64,000 nt of DNA from Mobula birostris (lineage: Eukaryota). Shown here piece after piece: positions 25,540-37,037 of this stretch. The notes below the pieces were generated by a model. The model made no database searches and had not been told where the DNA came from. It worked only from the letters and a program-made list of their open reading frames with translations. Within the stretch, counting starts at the first letter, position 1; each line of letters opens with the position of its first letter. The stretch lies in the NCBI RefSeq assembly GCF_030028105.1, contig NC_092373.1, positions 147,289,556 to 147,353,555 on the forward strand, in the 5' to 3' direction. A program made the position numbers and the translations under genes.

Positions 25540-27540
25540 CGTCATTTTGTGACAGGTGACATGCTCAAGAATCAATTGATATTGGTATGGTCCTGGAGGA
25601 CTGGGGGATTGCAAATGTCACTCCACTCTTTCAAAAGGGAGGAAGGCAAAAGGAAGGAAGGCAAAAGGAAGGAAATTATAGGTGAGTTATCCTATGTTAA
25701 GGATCCGGCCTGAACACTGGGTCGAAGGGCCTCTGCTGGTAGCTCTGGATCATGACAGTCTTTAATTTCTGTTTTCTTTCACCTGGCCATGTGGGTTCTG
25801 GCCCAGCCCCTTTCCTTTTTTGGACTTCCTCCAATTACCTGCTTGTCTCCTCATTTGCACCCACCTGTTTCTAATTTTCACTCATTACCCTGTCCATTCA
25901 AACCCTGCCTTGACTAGCATCTTCTGGTAGTTTGTCCCAGTTCTGAGCTGTGTTGTTCTAGCCTGTCACTGTGACTTCTGCCAACTGATTTTGTGTTTTG
26001 GATTTTGCCTGTTCTTGGACCTGATTTTTGCCTGTGTGCTCTGGATTGTCTGCCCTTGCCTGACTACCTTTCCTGGTAAGACCTCTGCCTGCCATTTTGG
26101 ATTTGTGCCTGCCTTCTGTTTTTGAAAGACTGTTGCCTTTGTGCTCCCTAATAAATCCTGGTGAAAAAGTATTCATTGGTCTGCACTTGAGTCCCACTGA
26201 AACCTGACATCCTAACCTCAGTGGTTGAGAAAGTGTTGGAGTCTATTATTAAGGATGAGGTTTTGGGGTACTTGGAGACTAATGATAAAGTAAGTCAAAG
26301 TCAGCATGGTTGTTATGAAGGGAAATCTTGGCTGACATCTGTTAGAGTTTTTCAAGGAAGTAACAAGCAGGGTTGACAAAGGAGGGGCAGTGGATGTCAT
26401 TTACTTGGATTTTCAGAAGACATTTGATAAGGCGCTACATATGCGGCTGCATAACAAGATAAAATCCTATGGTGTTACAGGAAAGATACTGGTTTGGATA
26501 GAGGAATGGCTGACAGGCAGGAGACAGTGGGTAGGAATAAAAAGGGCCTTTTCAGGTTGGCTGCTGGTGACTAGTGGTGTTCCTCAGGGGTCAGTATAGG
26601 GACTGTTACTTTTCACATTGTTTGTCAATGAGTTGGATAATGAAATTGATGGCTTTGGCAAAGTTTGCAGATGATATGAAGATAGATGGAGGAGTAGGTA
26701 GTGCTGAGGAAACAATATAATTGCAGCAGGACCTAAACAAATTGGAAGAATGGGCAAAAAAGTGGCAGATGGAATACAATATTGGGAAACATATGACAAT
26801 GCATTTTGGTAAAAGGAGCAATAGTGTGGACTATTATCTAAATGAGGAGAAGATTCAAACATCAGAGGTGGAGAGGGACTTAGGAGTCCTCATGCAAGAC
26901 TCCTGGAAGGTTAATTTCCAGGTTGAGTCTGTGGTAAAGAAGGCAAATTCAATATTGGCATTTATTTCAAGGGGAATAAAATATAAAAGCAAGGAGATAA
27001 TGCTGAGGCTTTATAAGACACTAGACAGGCTGCACTTTGAGTATTATCAACAGTTTTGGGCTTCATAGAAAGGATGTGCTGTCATTGGAGTGATTCCAGA
27101 GGAGTTTCACAAAGATGATTCCAGGAATGGAGGAGTTAATACATAAACAGCATTTGGAAGCTTTGGGCCTGTACTCACTGAAATTTAGAAGAATACGTGG
27201 GGGATCTTATTGAAACCTAATGAACGTTGAAAGGACTAGATAAGGTGAGTGGGGAGAGGATGCATCCTCTGGTGGCGGTATCCAGAACTAGAGGGCATAG
27301 CCTCTAAATTGAGGGGTGACATTTTAGAACAGAGGTAAGGAGGATTTCTTTTAGCCAGAGAGTGGTGGTATATTTAAAGTTGAAGTTGATAGTGTTTTGA
27401 TTCGTCAGGGTGTCAAAGGATATGGCAAGAAGGTAGGTGTATGGGATGGAGTGGGATCCAGGATCAGCAATGATGGGATGGCAGATCAGATTCAATGGGC
27501 TGAATGGCCTAATTCTGCTCCCATGTCTTATGGTCTTATG
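25540..27540 (+). mobile_element. 5'-truncated, decayed CR1 LINE (RT and 3' UTR) split by a solo LTR
   Basis: [50 protein letters not shown] and a (TCTTATGG)n tail. Confidence 0.92.
25695..26209 (+). mobile_element. Solo LTR (Gypsy-type), 515 bp
   Basis: TGTTA...TGACA termini, a perfect 5-bp TSD TCCTA and AATAAA near 26150. The host CR1 frame resumes across it. Confidence 0.9.
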
Positions 27541-27693
27541 ATCATCTGCAATTCATTGTTATGACTTTCTAGTTTGTAAGAATTGTAATTATGGTTGGAA
27601 ATCTTTAGTAGAATTACAATTTCTGTTGGAATTATTCCTCAAAATAAATGTCTTCCATTTAAAATAATATTTTTAATTTGCTTTGTTATCCTA

Positions 27694-27870
27694 AGACTAT
27701 AAGACCATAAGATATAGAAGCAGAAGTAGGCTATTCGGCCTATTGAGTCTGCTCCGCCATTCCATCATTGCTGATCCTGGAACCCAATCAATCCTATACA
27801 TCTACCTTCTTGCCATATCCTTTGATGCCCTGACCAATGAAGAAACTATCATCTTCTGCTTTAAATATAT
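27694..27870 (-). mobile_element. CR1 3' UTR, inverted relative to the neighbouring copy
   Basis: Diverged reverse complement of 27368-27540. Confidence 0.85.
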
Positions 27871-27977
27871 CCTCCTTGTTTGGGAGTGGTCCTCACTGCT
27901 TGAAATAGTGATCATTAATTGCTAAACCCTTTCAGGAAAGAGTCTAAAGTAGTTAAATAAATTAGTCTTTGAATTGT

Positions 27978-28092
27978 CAGGGGTGCAGTTCTAGCCGGAG
28001 CGCACTGGAGCGCGTCCGGCACCTCTTTAACAAAAAAGCTGAAATAAACAAGCTAATTAATTAGGTGCACTCTGGCTAGCACTGCACCCCTG
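27978..28092. mobile_element. 115-bp hAT-type MITE
   Basis: ~28-bp TIRs (CAGGGGTGCAGT..CTAGCC) and a perfect 8-bp TSD TGAATTGT (27970-27977 and 28093-28100). Confidence 0.92.
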
Positions 28093-28364
28093 TGAATTGT
28101 AGGTAGATATAGTAAATCTCTCAAGTAAGGGTACTTATAGACACTTCTAACCAAAAATCTAAAGGTCTTTCTTAAGTTCAGCATTGTAGAACAGGTTCCC
28201 CTGAAGGCAGTCACAACCATCCTTCATATTCTTGTCTAAACTGAGAAAGCCCCACCTTACACAAGACAAAAGAAGGGTAGAGTAAACCTTCAAGCTTAAT
28301 TAGAATTGTTGTTCAAAATATGTTCCGAAGGTTATAAGAACACAGTGGGTCAAGCAGCCTTTAT

Positions 28365-28371
<7 letters not shown>

Positions 28372-28402
<31 letters not shown>
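28372..28402. repeat. (TA)n microsatellite next to a decayed Penelope fragment (~28410-28700)
   Basis: Directly visible. Confidence 0.9.
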
Positions 28403-28408
<6 letters not shown>

Positions 28409-29313
28409 AAAAGTTGATATCAATGTTTTGTGTTGCAGACCAACACCAGGACCAAAAAAAAGAGGAAAGATTGCCAGTATACAGTATAGCTGTACAAGAG
28501 AAGGATAAGAAGAGATAGATGAAACCATTGGGGAGCAAGATGGAGGAGCGATAGGAAAGTAGTTAAAGACAGGAGAAAACCAGATTTTTAGGTGTGGGTG
28601 GGGGATGTGGGAGAAAAACACTGAAGGTGTGGTTTACTGAAAGATCATTGTTCATACCATTAGCTTGCAAACTACTCACATGGAATATGAGGTGCTGTCC
28701 TACATAATTGAGCAAATAGTATACCATGCTCTGGTACTTCAGTCAAGCTGTTAAACATGGACATGCAGAAACTGTTACCAGACAAACCTAATTCTGTGTC
28801 TGTCAATGCTGATAGAATTGGAAATACAATCAATCTGCTCAATCCTTACTAACAATGACAGAAAAAGTTAAGGCCTTTGCTTTCAAAAGTAAGTGAATGT
28901 TTTAATTTTTAATGTCAAATAGCCTTTCTGGCCCTGAACATTTAATTTTCTGGAGTGGTGTCTCAATCTTCCAATGTTAATTAGTGCTGGAAATTTAAAA
29001 TACATTTATTCTATTTTTTCTTTTCCTTTGGTCTCTCACAATACCAACTGTCTTTCTCAATCTGTATTTTGCTTTCTGAAGAAGGTTTAAATGTGATTTA
29101 TATTCACCCATCATACTTCCTGTATTAGATTCTGCACAAAAGAGTGTGGGGAGACCGCAAAGGGCTTAGGAGGAATGGGTTCTGCTTTAGCCCTGCCAAA
29201 TCAAACAAGAGTCTAATTACCATGTTATTTTGGCTGCAGATCAAGGAGCAGGTTGCCTTTCTTGTAGCTTTGATTTTTAGCACTATACTACAACTGCGGA
29301 GAGTAGACAGATG

Positions 29314-30250
29314 TATCATAAAGAGTGAGACGGGTTTGGAGAATTTGGAGGACTGCGACAAGAGATCGAGGTGAGGATGGCTGGACCTGAGTGCAGGAGT
29401 ATCTGAGGCTGGAATTGAGACATGATGTGAGACTGAAACCAGAACAGAATATTAAACTAGGTGCTAGACAATAATCGAAGTAGAGCTGATGATTGAGCAC
29501 TGAACCTTCGTTTAGGTGCTCCTTAAATATTAAAGCCCCAGCAGCTTCATGTCTGTGAACTCTGCAGTGATTTTCCCCGCTGATATGATCAACTGCTTAG
29601 TGAAGCTCTGGGCCTATTCTGGGCTGCTCTGAGGATTTGGATCTAGTGACTCAATTTGGTTCAGAATGCTGTTGTTGTTGCTCACTTCTATTGTGTATAT
29701 ATGATTGGTTCTGTTTTTTTTTCCCTCTTTCTCTGTGGGCACCAGGGAGTTGGTCTTTTTTTTAAATTGGGTTCTTTTGGGTTCCTTGCTTGGCAACTGC
29801 CTGTTAAGGAAACAAATCTCAAGGTTGTATAATTTATACTTTCAAAGATAATAAATGTACTTTGATACTTTGAAAACACAGCTGCCAGTTAGCAGGATGG
29901 TCCTGAATCCTTAAAGGGGCCAAGCTAGTTATCCGTGTTCTGGAGAGTCAGTCTAAACCCTGGAAGCTGGTGCAGTTGGGTGTGCATTATAACAGGAACC
30001 CCTCCCTTATGGCTGAAACCTGACAGCCCTGGTTGCTCAGAGAGATGGCTATGGCAGTTGTGGATGAGAGCTGGATCCAAGATGTCCCTTTCAGGATCCC
30101 AGCACCTTTCCACGGGTCCAAATCCTTCCCCATCTACAAGGAACTGCCAAACACGCGAACAATTCGTGAATCCAAAATTCTACTTGTGGGGAAGACCTGT
30201 TCCCCATTGACAAACCTGGATAGCAGCAGAACTGATGGCGGAGGGGCAAA
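29314..30250 (-). mobile_element. Gypsy chromovirus 3' end (chromodomain, PPT, LTR), with the LTR interrupted by a Rex-like tail at ~29545-29875
   Basis: Minus strand QFLVDGEGFGPVERCWDPERDILDPALI; purine tract 'aagggaggggttcc' then TGTTAT at 29994. The LTR is homologous to 31201-31470. Confidence 0.85.
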
Positions 30251-30254
30251 AGGG

Positions 30255-31470
30255 CTGGTGTTCACAGGTTTTATCTTCAGAGTCCATGGATTTCCAGTGG
30301 GCTTGGTCTCAGATTGTGTTCCACAATCCTCATCAGATTTCTGGAGGGTATTCTGTATGTTGATGGGGTTAACAGCCAGCCTTTCCTCTGGGTTTCACCC
30401 GAAACTCAATGGCCAGATGGGGTGGACCAAACAAAATTTAGATCATACCCTAAGATGTTTGGCCTCAGAAAGGCCTAATGAGTGTTACGACCATTTGATG
30501 TGGGCAGAGGTCATCCACAAGAACTTGCAGCAATTGGTGCATGGGAAGTCACCATTTGAGTGCCAATTTAGTTATCCTCCAGCTTGCTTTCTGGAACAGG
30601 AGGCTGAGGTTGGTATCCATGTGGTTGAAGATCTCATCCATCGCTGCAAGCAGAAATGGATTAAGGCAAGAGTGACTTTGCTGGTCTTGACGTGGAAGGT
30701 GGAGACCAAGATAAACCGAAGGAGAAGATGAGGACTTGCTGTACACCTTGGGCACCGAGACTGGCTGTCCACTCATAATTTGGCTCTCCTGCAGGAATCT
30801 AGAAAGTTGGTGGCCAAGTTCAGTGGACACTTCAAAGTCCTGAAGAAAGTAAACATGGTAGCTTACACCTTGTAGCTCCACTGAACCCTGAGGATCAGTC
30901 CCACCTTCCACATCTCTAAATTAAAACCTATCTGCACCAGCCTCCTAGCCTCATCACCATCAGCCCTGCTGCCACCCAGGTTTATGGATAGGGAACAAGT
31001 CTACACAGTGAGAAGACTTTTGGAGTTGCCTACTGCTTGGGTGTTCAGCAATACCTCGTGAATTGGGAAGGATGTGGAGCCAAGGAGTGGAGCTGGGTGC
31101 CTAAAGGAGACATCTTGGATCCAGCTCTCATCCACAACTACCATCACTGCCTCTTTGAGCAGCCAGGACTGTCAGGAGTTGGCTGCAGGGGAGGGTGTCC
31201 TGTTATGGGTCAGCTTTAGATGCTCTATCTCTCCGGAGTATGGACAGCTGAGGGTTCACGACAGTCTCGCTAATTGGTGATCATGTCTTGGCACCAATAA
31301 TTGAGTATTTAAGGAACACCTGAACTGAGGTTCAGTGCTCAATCGTGAGCCCACGAGGAATATTGTCCAGTGTTTGTTTTGTGTTCGGATCTAGTTTGAT
31401 ACCATGCATTGATCCTTGCTTCAGATACCCCAGCATTAGGGTCTAAACCATACTCGACAAAGACCCTCAT
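30255..31470 (+). mobile_element. Gypsy chromovirus fragment (decayed integrase core, GPF region, chromodomain, PPT, truncated LTR)
   Basis: FRVHGFPVGLVSD...SSGFHPKLNGQ...SPFECQFSYPP, then PTFHISKLKP and QYLVNWEGCGAKEWSWVPKGDILDPALI; PPT 'ggggagggtgtcc' then TGTTAT at 31201. Confidence 0.9.
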
Positions 31471-31479
31471 CTCACATTT

Positions 31480-32865
31480 ACCTTCTCAATTCCTCCACTT
31501 TCTCAACTGGTGCTCTGGTTCCCATCCACCTACCAAACTAGTTTAAAGCATTTCAAATCACATTAGTAAACCTCCTGGCCAGGATATTGGTTCCCCTCCA
31601 GTTCAGGTGTGTTAGGAGTATTCTAAAGTTGTGTGAATATAGCATGTATTAATTTAAAGAACTAGTCTTCAGTTTTTAATATGGATTATAAATTTCTAAC
31701 AGTAAACTGAAGTAAATAACACACCTTTACAAGTAAACAGGCTGGCTCACAGAAGAGGTATAGTTTGCAATATGATGACCATGAGATGTTTGCATATGCA
31801 TGAGACATGTGTTAAGACAATGGGGTTGTGTTAATTGGCCTGGATAAAACCAGGCAACTTGGGCTAAGATAATTGCACCTCTATGACTTGAGTTTAATCT
31901 GGCAGACCAGGAGGATGTTGTCACTTAGCATATCAAATATACAGGTAATCATTAGTTATTTGTGTACTCAGAGACAGCTCTGACCACATTAATTTTGGGA
32001 GTCTGACCCTCTGTCATCACAAAGTTTTAGACTATTTGTGTGAATTACTTTGTGACAAAGGTGTTGGAACATTGAGGTGCCTCCTACTATAAATATGTAA
32101 TTCAGAGGAATAATTGTCAATCTAAAATATGGAAGTGAATGATGTCATTGTAACTATTTCAACTGTATTGAATCACCTGCTATTACTATTGACCTTAAGG
32201 ATATAAAATTGTGACATACTTTGAGTTTGTGAGCTTCTACTAAGAGTATCTCGATTAGGATGTCTGCTTGTTGCACTGAGTAAAGACTTCTATATCACCA
32301 GCTTTAGTGTGTCTCTGGTGACTTTGTCCACAGTCACAAGGAGGTGCAAACCCATCCCTTCTGTACAGACCACCCTGCCCTAGAAAATGTTCCAATGATC
32401 CAAGAACAAGAACTCCGCCCCCTGCACCAATTCCTCAGCCACTCATTCACTGCTGCTATTATCCTATTCCTGCCCTGTTGAGCACATGGTACTGGGAGTA
32501 ATCTGGAGATTACTACCTTGGAGGTCCTGCTCCTCAGCCCCCTCCCTAACTACATATAGCCACTGCACAGGACTTCCTCCTTTCTACCTTTGTCTTTGGT
32601 GTCAATGTGCATCACAATGTCTGGCTGCTCACCCTCCCTCTTGGGAATATTCTGCAACCACCTTGAGACCTCCTGGACTTTAGCACCTGGGAAGCAACAT
32701 GCCTTCCTGACTTCTCTTTTGTGGCCACAGAACCTCCTGTCTGTGCCCCTAACTATCCAGTCTCCTATCACTATTGCCACACTTTACCCTTCTGTGCTGA
32801 CCTTATAGATGGCCATGGTGCCACTGGCCTGGCTGTTGCTGTTGTGCTCTGCTCTGATAGGTCAT
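31480..32865 (-). mobile_element. CR1 ORF1 (SGNH esterase-like) fragment
   Basis: AIVIGDWIVRGTDRRFCG..CCFPGAKVQEV matches the CR1 ORF1 GDSIVRG block. It is split by the LTR at 31610-32341. Confidence 0.85.
31610..32341 (+). mobile_element. Solo LTR, 732 bp, superfamily unresolved (ERV or Gypsy)
   Basis: 5-bp TSD AGGTG, TG start, TATA box 'gatataaaa' near 32200 and AGTAAA poly(A) variant near 32279. The terminal CA is mutated. Confidence 0.75.
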
Positions 32866-32869
32866 CTGC

Positions 32870-34028
32870 CTCAGATGGAGTGTATTCTGCCTGGAAGTCT
32901 GACTAGTGGTGTTCCACTGGGATCTATTATAGGAACCTTGCTCTTAGTGATTTTTATAAATGACTTGGATGAGGAAGTGAAAGGGTGTTAGTGAGATTGC
33001 AGATGAAATAAAGCTTGGTAGTGTTGTGGATTGTGTGGGAGGTTGTATTAGATTACAACAGGATATTGACGGGGATGAGAAGTGGCAGATGGAATTCAAT
33101 CTGGAAAGGTGTGACGTGCTACACTTTGGAAGGTCTAACTTGATGGCAGATTTCAGGGTTAATGGCATGATTTTTAGCAGTGTGGAGGAACAGAGGGATT
33201 TTGGGGATAAAATGGCATACAGAGGATTAAGTTCAAAAGCCATGTGGTAATGATGCAGTTCTATAAAACTTCAGCTAGGCCACATTTGGATTATTGTATT
33301 CAGTTCCAGTCAACTCATTGTAAGAAGGATGTGGAAGGTATAGAGAGGATGCAGTGGAGGTTTACCAGGATGCTGCCTGGATAAGAGACCGCATCATATG
33401 AGGAGAGGTTGAGCGAGCTATGGCTTTTCTACTTGGAGTGAAGTAGGTTGAGTCCAAGTAACACACACAAAATGCTGGAGGAACTCAGCAAGCCAGGCAG
33501 TATCAATGGGAAAGAGTAAACAGTCGAAGATCAAGCCTGATACAGTCTTGATGAAGGGTCTCAGCCCAAAACATCGACTCTTTTGCATAGGTGCTGCCTG
33601 ACCTGCTGAGTTCCTCCAGCATTTTGTGTGTGTTGCTTGGATTTCCAGCATCTGCAGATTTTCTTTTGTTTGTTTTAGGTTGAGAGGTAACTTGATAGAG
33701 GTATATAAGATAAGAGAGGTAGAACAAGTAAACAGCTAGAGACTTTTATACAGGGTGGAAATGGCGTATATGAGGGGGCATCATTTAAAGTGATTGGAGG
33801 AAAGTGAAGGAGGATGTCAGAGGTACTTCCTTTACACAAAGCGTGGTGGACACACTGCTAGGGTAGTGATAGAGGTAGATACATTAAGGACACTTGAGTA
33901 GCCACATAGATGAAATAAACTTGGAGCGATATGTGGGAGTGTAAGGTTAAATTGACCTTAGAGCTGTTAAAAGGTTGGTACAACATTGTGAGCTTAAGGG
34001 CCTGTACTGTTCTGTATTGTTTTATGTA
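32870..34028 (+). mobile_element. Decayed CR1 RT C-terminus and 3' UTR
   Basis: TSGVPLGSIIGTLL..FINDLD, KWQMEFNLERC and 'agggcctgtactgttctgtattg'. Confidence 0.88.
33455..33672. mobile_element. Short Penelope-derived inverted-repeat element
   Basis: 'acacacacaaaatgctggaggaactcagca' and its near-exact reverse complement flank a core that contains a degenerate hammerhead motif. Confidence 0.8.
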
Positions 34029-34112
34029 ATGCAGTTTGTTAAAATTATAATGGACATGCAGGGAGTTTCTAAGATAGATTAATATTGTACTGCCTGCTAA
34101 ATGAATAATATA

Positions 34113-34313
34113 CACTCAGTGGCCACTTTATTAGATACATCTTTACACCTGCTTAATGCAAATATCTAATCAATCATGTGGCAGCAAGTCAGTGCATAAA
34201 AGCATGCAGACATACTCAAGAGGTTTAGTTGCTTTTCAGACCAAACATCAGAATGGAGAAGAGTAATGACTGTAGTGTCTTTGACCTTGGAATAATTGTT
34301 CATGCCAGAAGGG
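34113..34313 (+). mobile_element. Tc1-like transposon left end
   Basis: TA followed by the TIR 'cactcagtggccactttattag'. Homologous to the 42273-42809 element. Confidence 0.8.
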
Positions 34314-34319
34314 ATCTGA

Positions 34320-35560
34320 ATGCTTATTGTTCAGTAGCACCTACATCTACTCTGAAGTACTTTGAGAGGTTGGTGATGAAACATATCAAAACCTGTGAGA
34401 AATGATTGGACTTGCTTCAATTTGCCTATTGGCACAACAAAACCACAGCAATTGCCATTTCATTGGCTTTTCACTCAACCCTGGAACATCTGGATTGCCA
34501 AGGTGCATACATCAGGAATCTCTTTGTTGACTACAGCTCAGAATTTAATACCATCGTCCCCTCAAAACTAATCAAGAAGCTGCAATTCTTTTGCCTCAAT
34601 CCCTCTTTGTGCAATTGGATCCTTCATCTCCTCACTTGCAGACCCCAATCTGTTCGGACTGGCAATACCATCTGCTCCACAATCTCCATCAGCACAGGTG
34701 TGCCACAACGCTGCATGCTTAGCCCCTGCTCTACTCACTGTATACTTATGAATGTGAGCATAAGCACAGTTCCAATGGCATATTTGAGTTGTTGATGATA
34801 CCACTATGGTTGGCCAAATGAAAGGTGGTGATGAAGCAGCATACAGGAGGGAGACCAAAAATCTGGCTGGAAGGTGGCTGAACAACCTGTTACTCAATGT
34901 CAACAAGACCAAGGAGCTGATTATTGACTTCAGGAAGAAGAAACTGGAGGTCCATAGGCCAGTTCTCATCAGTGGTGGAGGGAGTCAGCAAATTTAAATT
35001 CCTTGGTGTTATCATTTCAAAGAATATGTCCTGGGTAAGTGCCATTATGAAGAAAGCATAACAGAACTTTTACTTTCTTAGAAGTTTGCAAAGATTCGGC
35101 ATGGCATCTAAAACTTTGACAAACTTCTATAGGTTTGTGGTGGAAACTATATTAACTGGTTGCATCATGGCCTGGTATGGAAGCACCAATGCCCTTGAAC
35201 AGAATATCCTACAAAAAGTAATGGATACGGCCCAGTTCATCATGTGTAAAGCCAGCACTGAGTACATCAGCACGAGCGCTGTCTCAGGAAAGCAACATCC
35301 ATCATCAAGCTCCCTATCATCCAGGTGATGCTTTCCTCTCACTGCTGTCATCAGGAAGAAGGTACAAGAGCCTCAGGACCCACACCACCAGGTTTAGGAA
35401 CAGTTATTACCCCTCAGTCATCAAGTTCTTGAACTAGTGGGGATAAATTCACTCAGCTCACCTGTCATTGAGATGTTACCACAACCAATGGATTCACTTT
35501 CCACAGCAATTCATCTCATGTTCTCACTATTTATTGCTTGTTTGCTTTCTTTATTCACTC
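34320..35560 (+). mobile_element. Decayed Rex1/Babar-like LINE (RT and 3' region)
   Basis: LQFAY..., LFVDYSSEFNTIVP, TGVPQRCMLSP, DDTT, LNVNKTKELIIDFRK and LTNFYR..ILTGCIMAWYG. Confidence 0.9.
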
Positions 35561-35599
35561 ATTCATCCACTTAGTATATATCTATCTATCTCGTTTGGT

Positions 35600-36085
35600 G
35601 TACAAAGAGGACAGGAGGATGAATACAAGGCCCTGGTGGAGGACTTTGTCAAATGGTGCAAGCTGAATCATCTGCAGCTAAACATTAGTAAGACCAAGGA
35701 GATGGTGATAGACTTCAGGAAGACTAAGCCAGCATTGCTCCTTGTTGCTATTGATGGTGAGGCTGTGGATGTGATGAGGACCTACAAGTACCTGAGGGTG
35801 CACCTGGATGACAGACTGAAGTGGAGCATCAACGTAGAGGCTGTGTACAAGAAGGACCAGTATTACCTCTACTTCCTGAGGAGACTGAGGTCCTTTGGAG
35901 TATGCAGGCCTCTCCTTCACATGTTCTACCAGTCTGTTGTCACCAGCACAATATGTGGTGGTGCACTGGGGCAACAGCATCAATATGGGTGATGCCAACA
36001 GGTTCAATAAACTGATTAGAAAGGCTGGCTCTGTTATAGGAGTCAAATGGACACACTGGAGACTGTGGTAGATCAAAGGACCCAA
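35600..36085 (+). mobile_element. Rex1 RT C-terminal fragment (different subfamily)
   Basis: FVKWCKLNHLQLNISKTKEMVIDFRK..YKYLRVHLDDRLKW..LYFLRRLRSF. Confidence 0.9.
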
Positions 36086-36789
36086 GACAACTACGCTGCT
36101 CCGAAGGGTGCTATATGAAGGTCCTTTGACCCACCCAGCCCAAGCTAACTAATGTACTAACTCCTCTTGCCAGTACTTAGTCTGTAGTCTTATGCCTTGA
36201 TGATTCAATTGCCCAGCTAGATACTTCAGTTTCAGATTTATCACATGTATATCGAAGCATAATGTGAAATATGTCGCTACATTAAAAACCAACACACCAA
36301 AGAATGTGATGGGGGCAGCCCGCATGTGTTGCTACACATTCTGGCAGCAACATAACAGGCCCATGATGCTTGGCAGAGCAACACAGAACACAACAACAGC
36401 ATCAAAACAAGCCCCTTTCCTCTCTCCCACCCTCACTTCCATCCACATAACGGGACAGGTTTCTAACTCTAGGATAGGCCTCTGGACCTCTAGGATTCAG
36501 CCATCGGGCTATGACTTCCGGACTTCCAATTGACCTTTGAGCTCTGATGTTTGATACTGATCCCCAGTCTAACCAATGACAGGACCCTGCAGCTCAAATT
36601 GTGAGCATGCATCCTCATGCCACCTCATGCTGCCTGCTTGCTTGGACAACATTATTAAATGTTGTAAAATTAATTACCTTGCTTAGTCATCTACTAAGGT
36701 GGAGCATTCTAGATTCCAAACTCCTCCTGGATAGAAAAGAAATTCTCCTTTGATCATCTCTAAAACGAGTATCCTTCACCCTAATCCTA

Positions 36790-37037
36790 GGCCGGCTGAT
36801 GGTGCAGTGAGATCAGCGCCAGATTCCGGAGCGAAGGTTCCCGAGTTTGAATCCAGGTCGAGCCACCCCTGAGCACACTCTGCATCCGTGCCGGGTTGAG
36901 TGTCGAGCTAGCCACTGGACCTTGTAAAAAATACAAGGGTCGAGTCAGGAATGTTCATAACGTGACCCCATTAATCCTGACACCACGTGCCAGACAAGAA
37001 TGGCTGAATGTCTGTTACGACACTTTTTTAAAAAAAA
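36790..37037 (+). mobile_element. tRNA-derived SINE with a long TSD, T6 terminator and A-tail
   Basis: A-box-like TGGTGCAGTGAG, B-box-like GTTTGAATCC and TSD ACCCTAATCCTA(GG) at 36778 and 37038. Confidence 0.85.
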
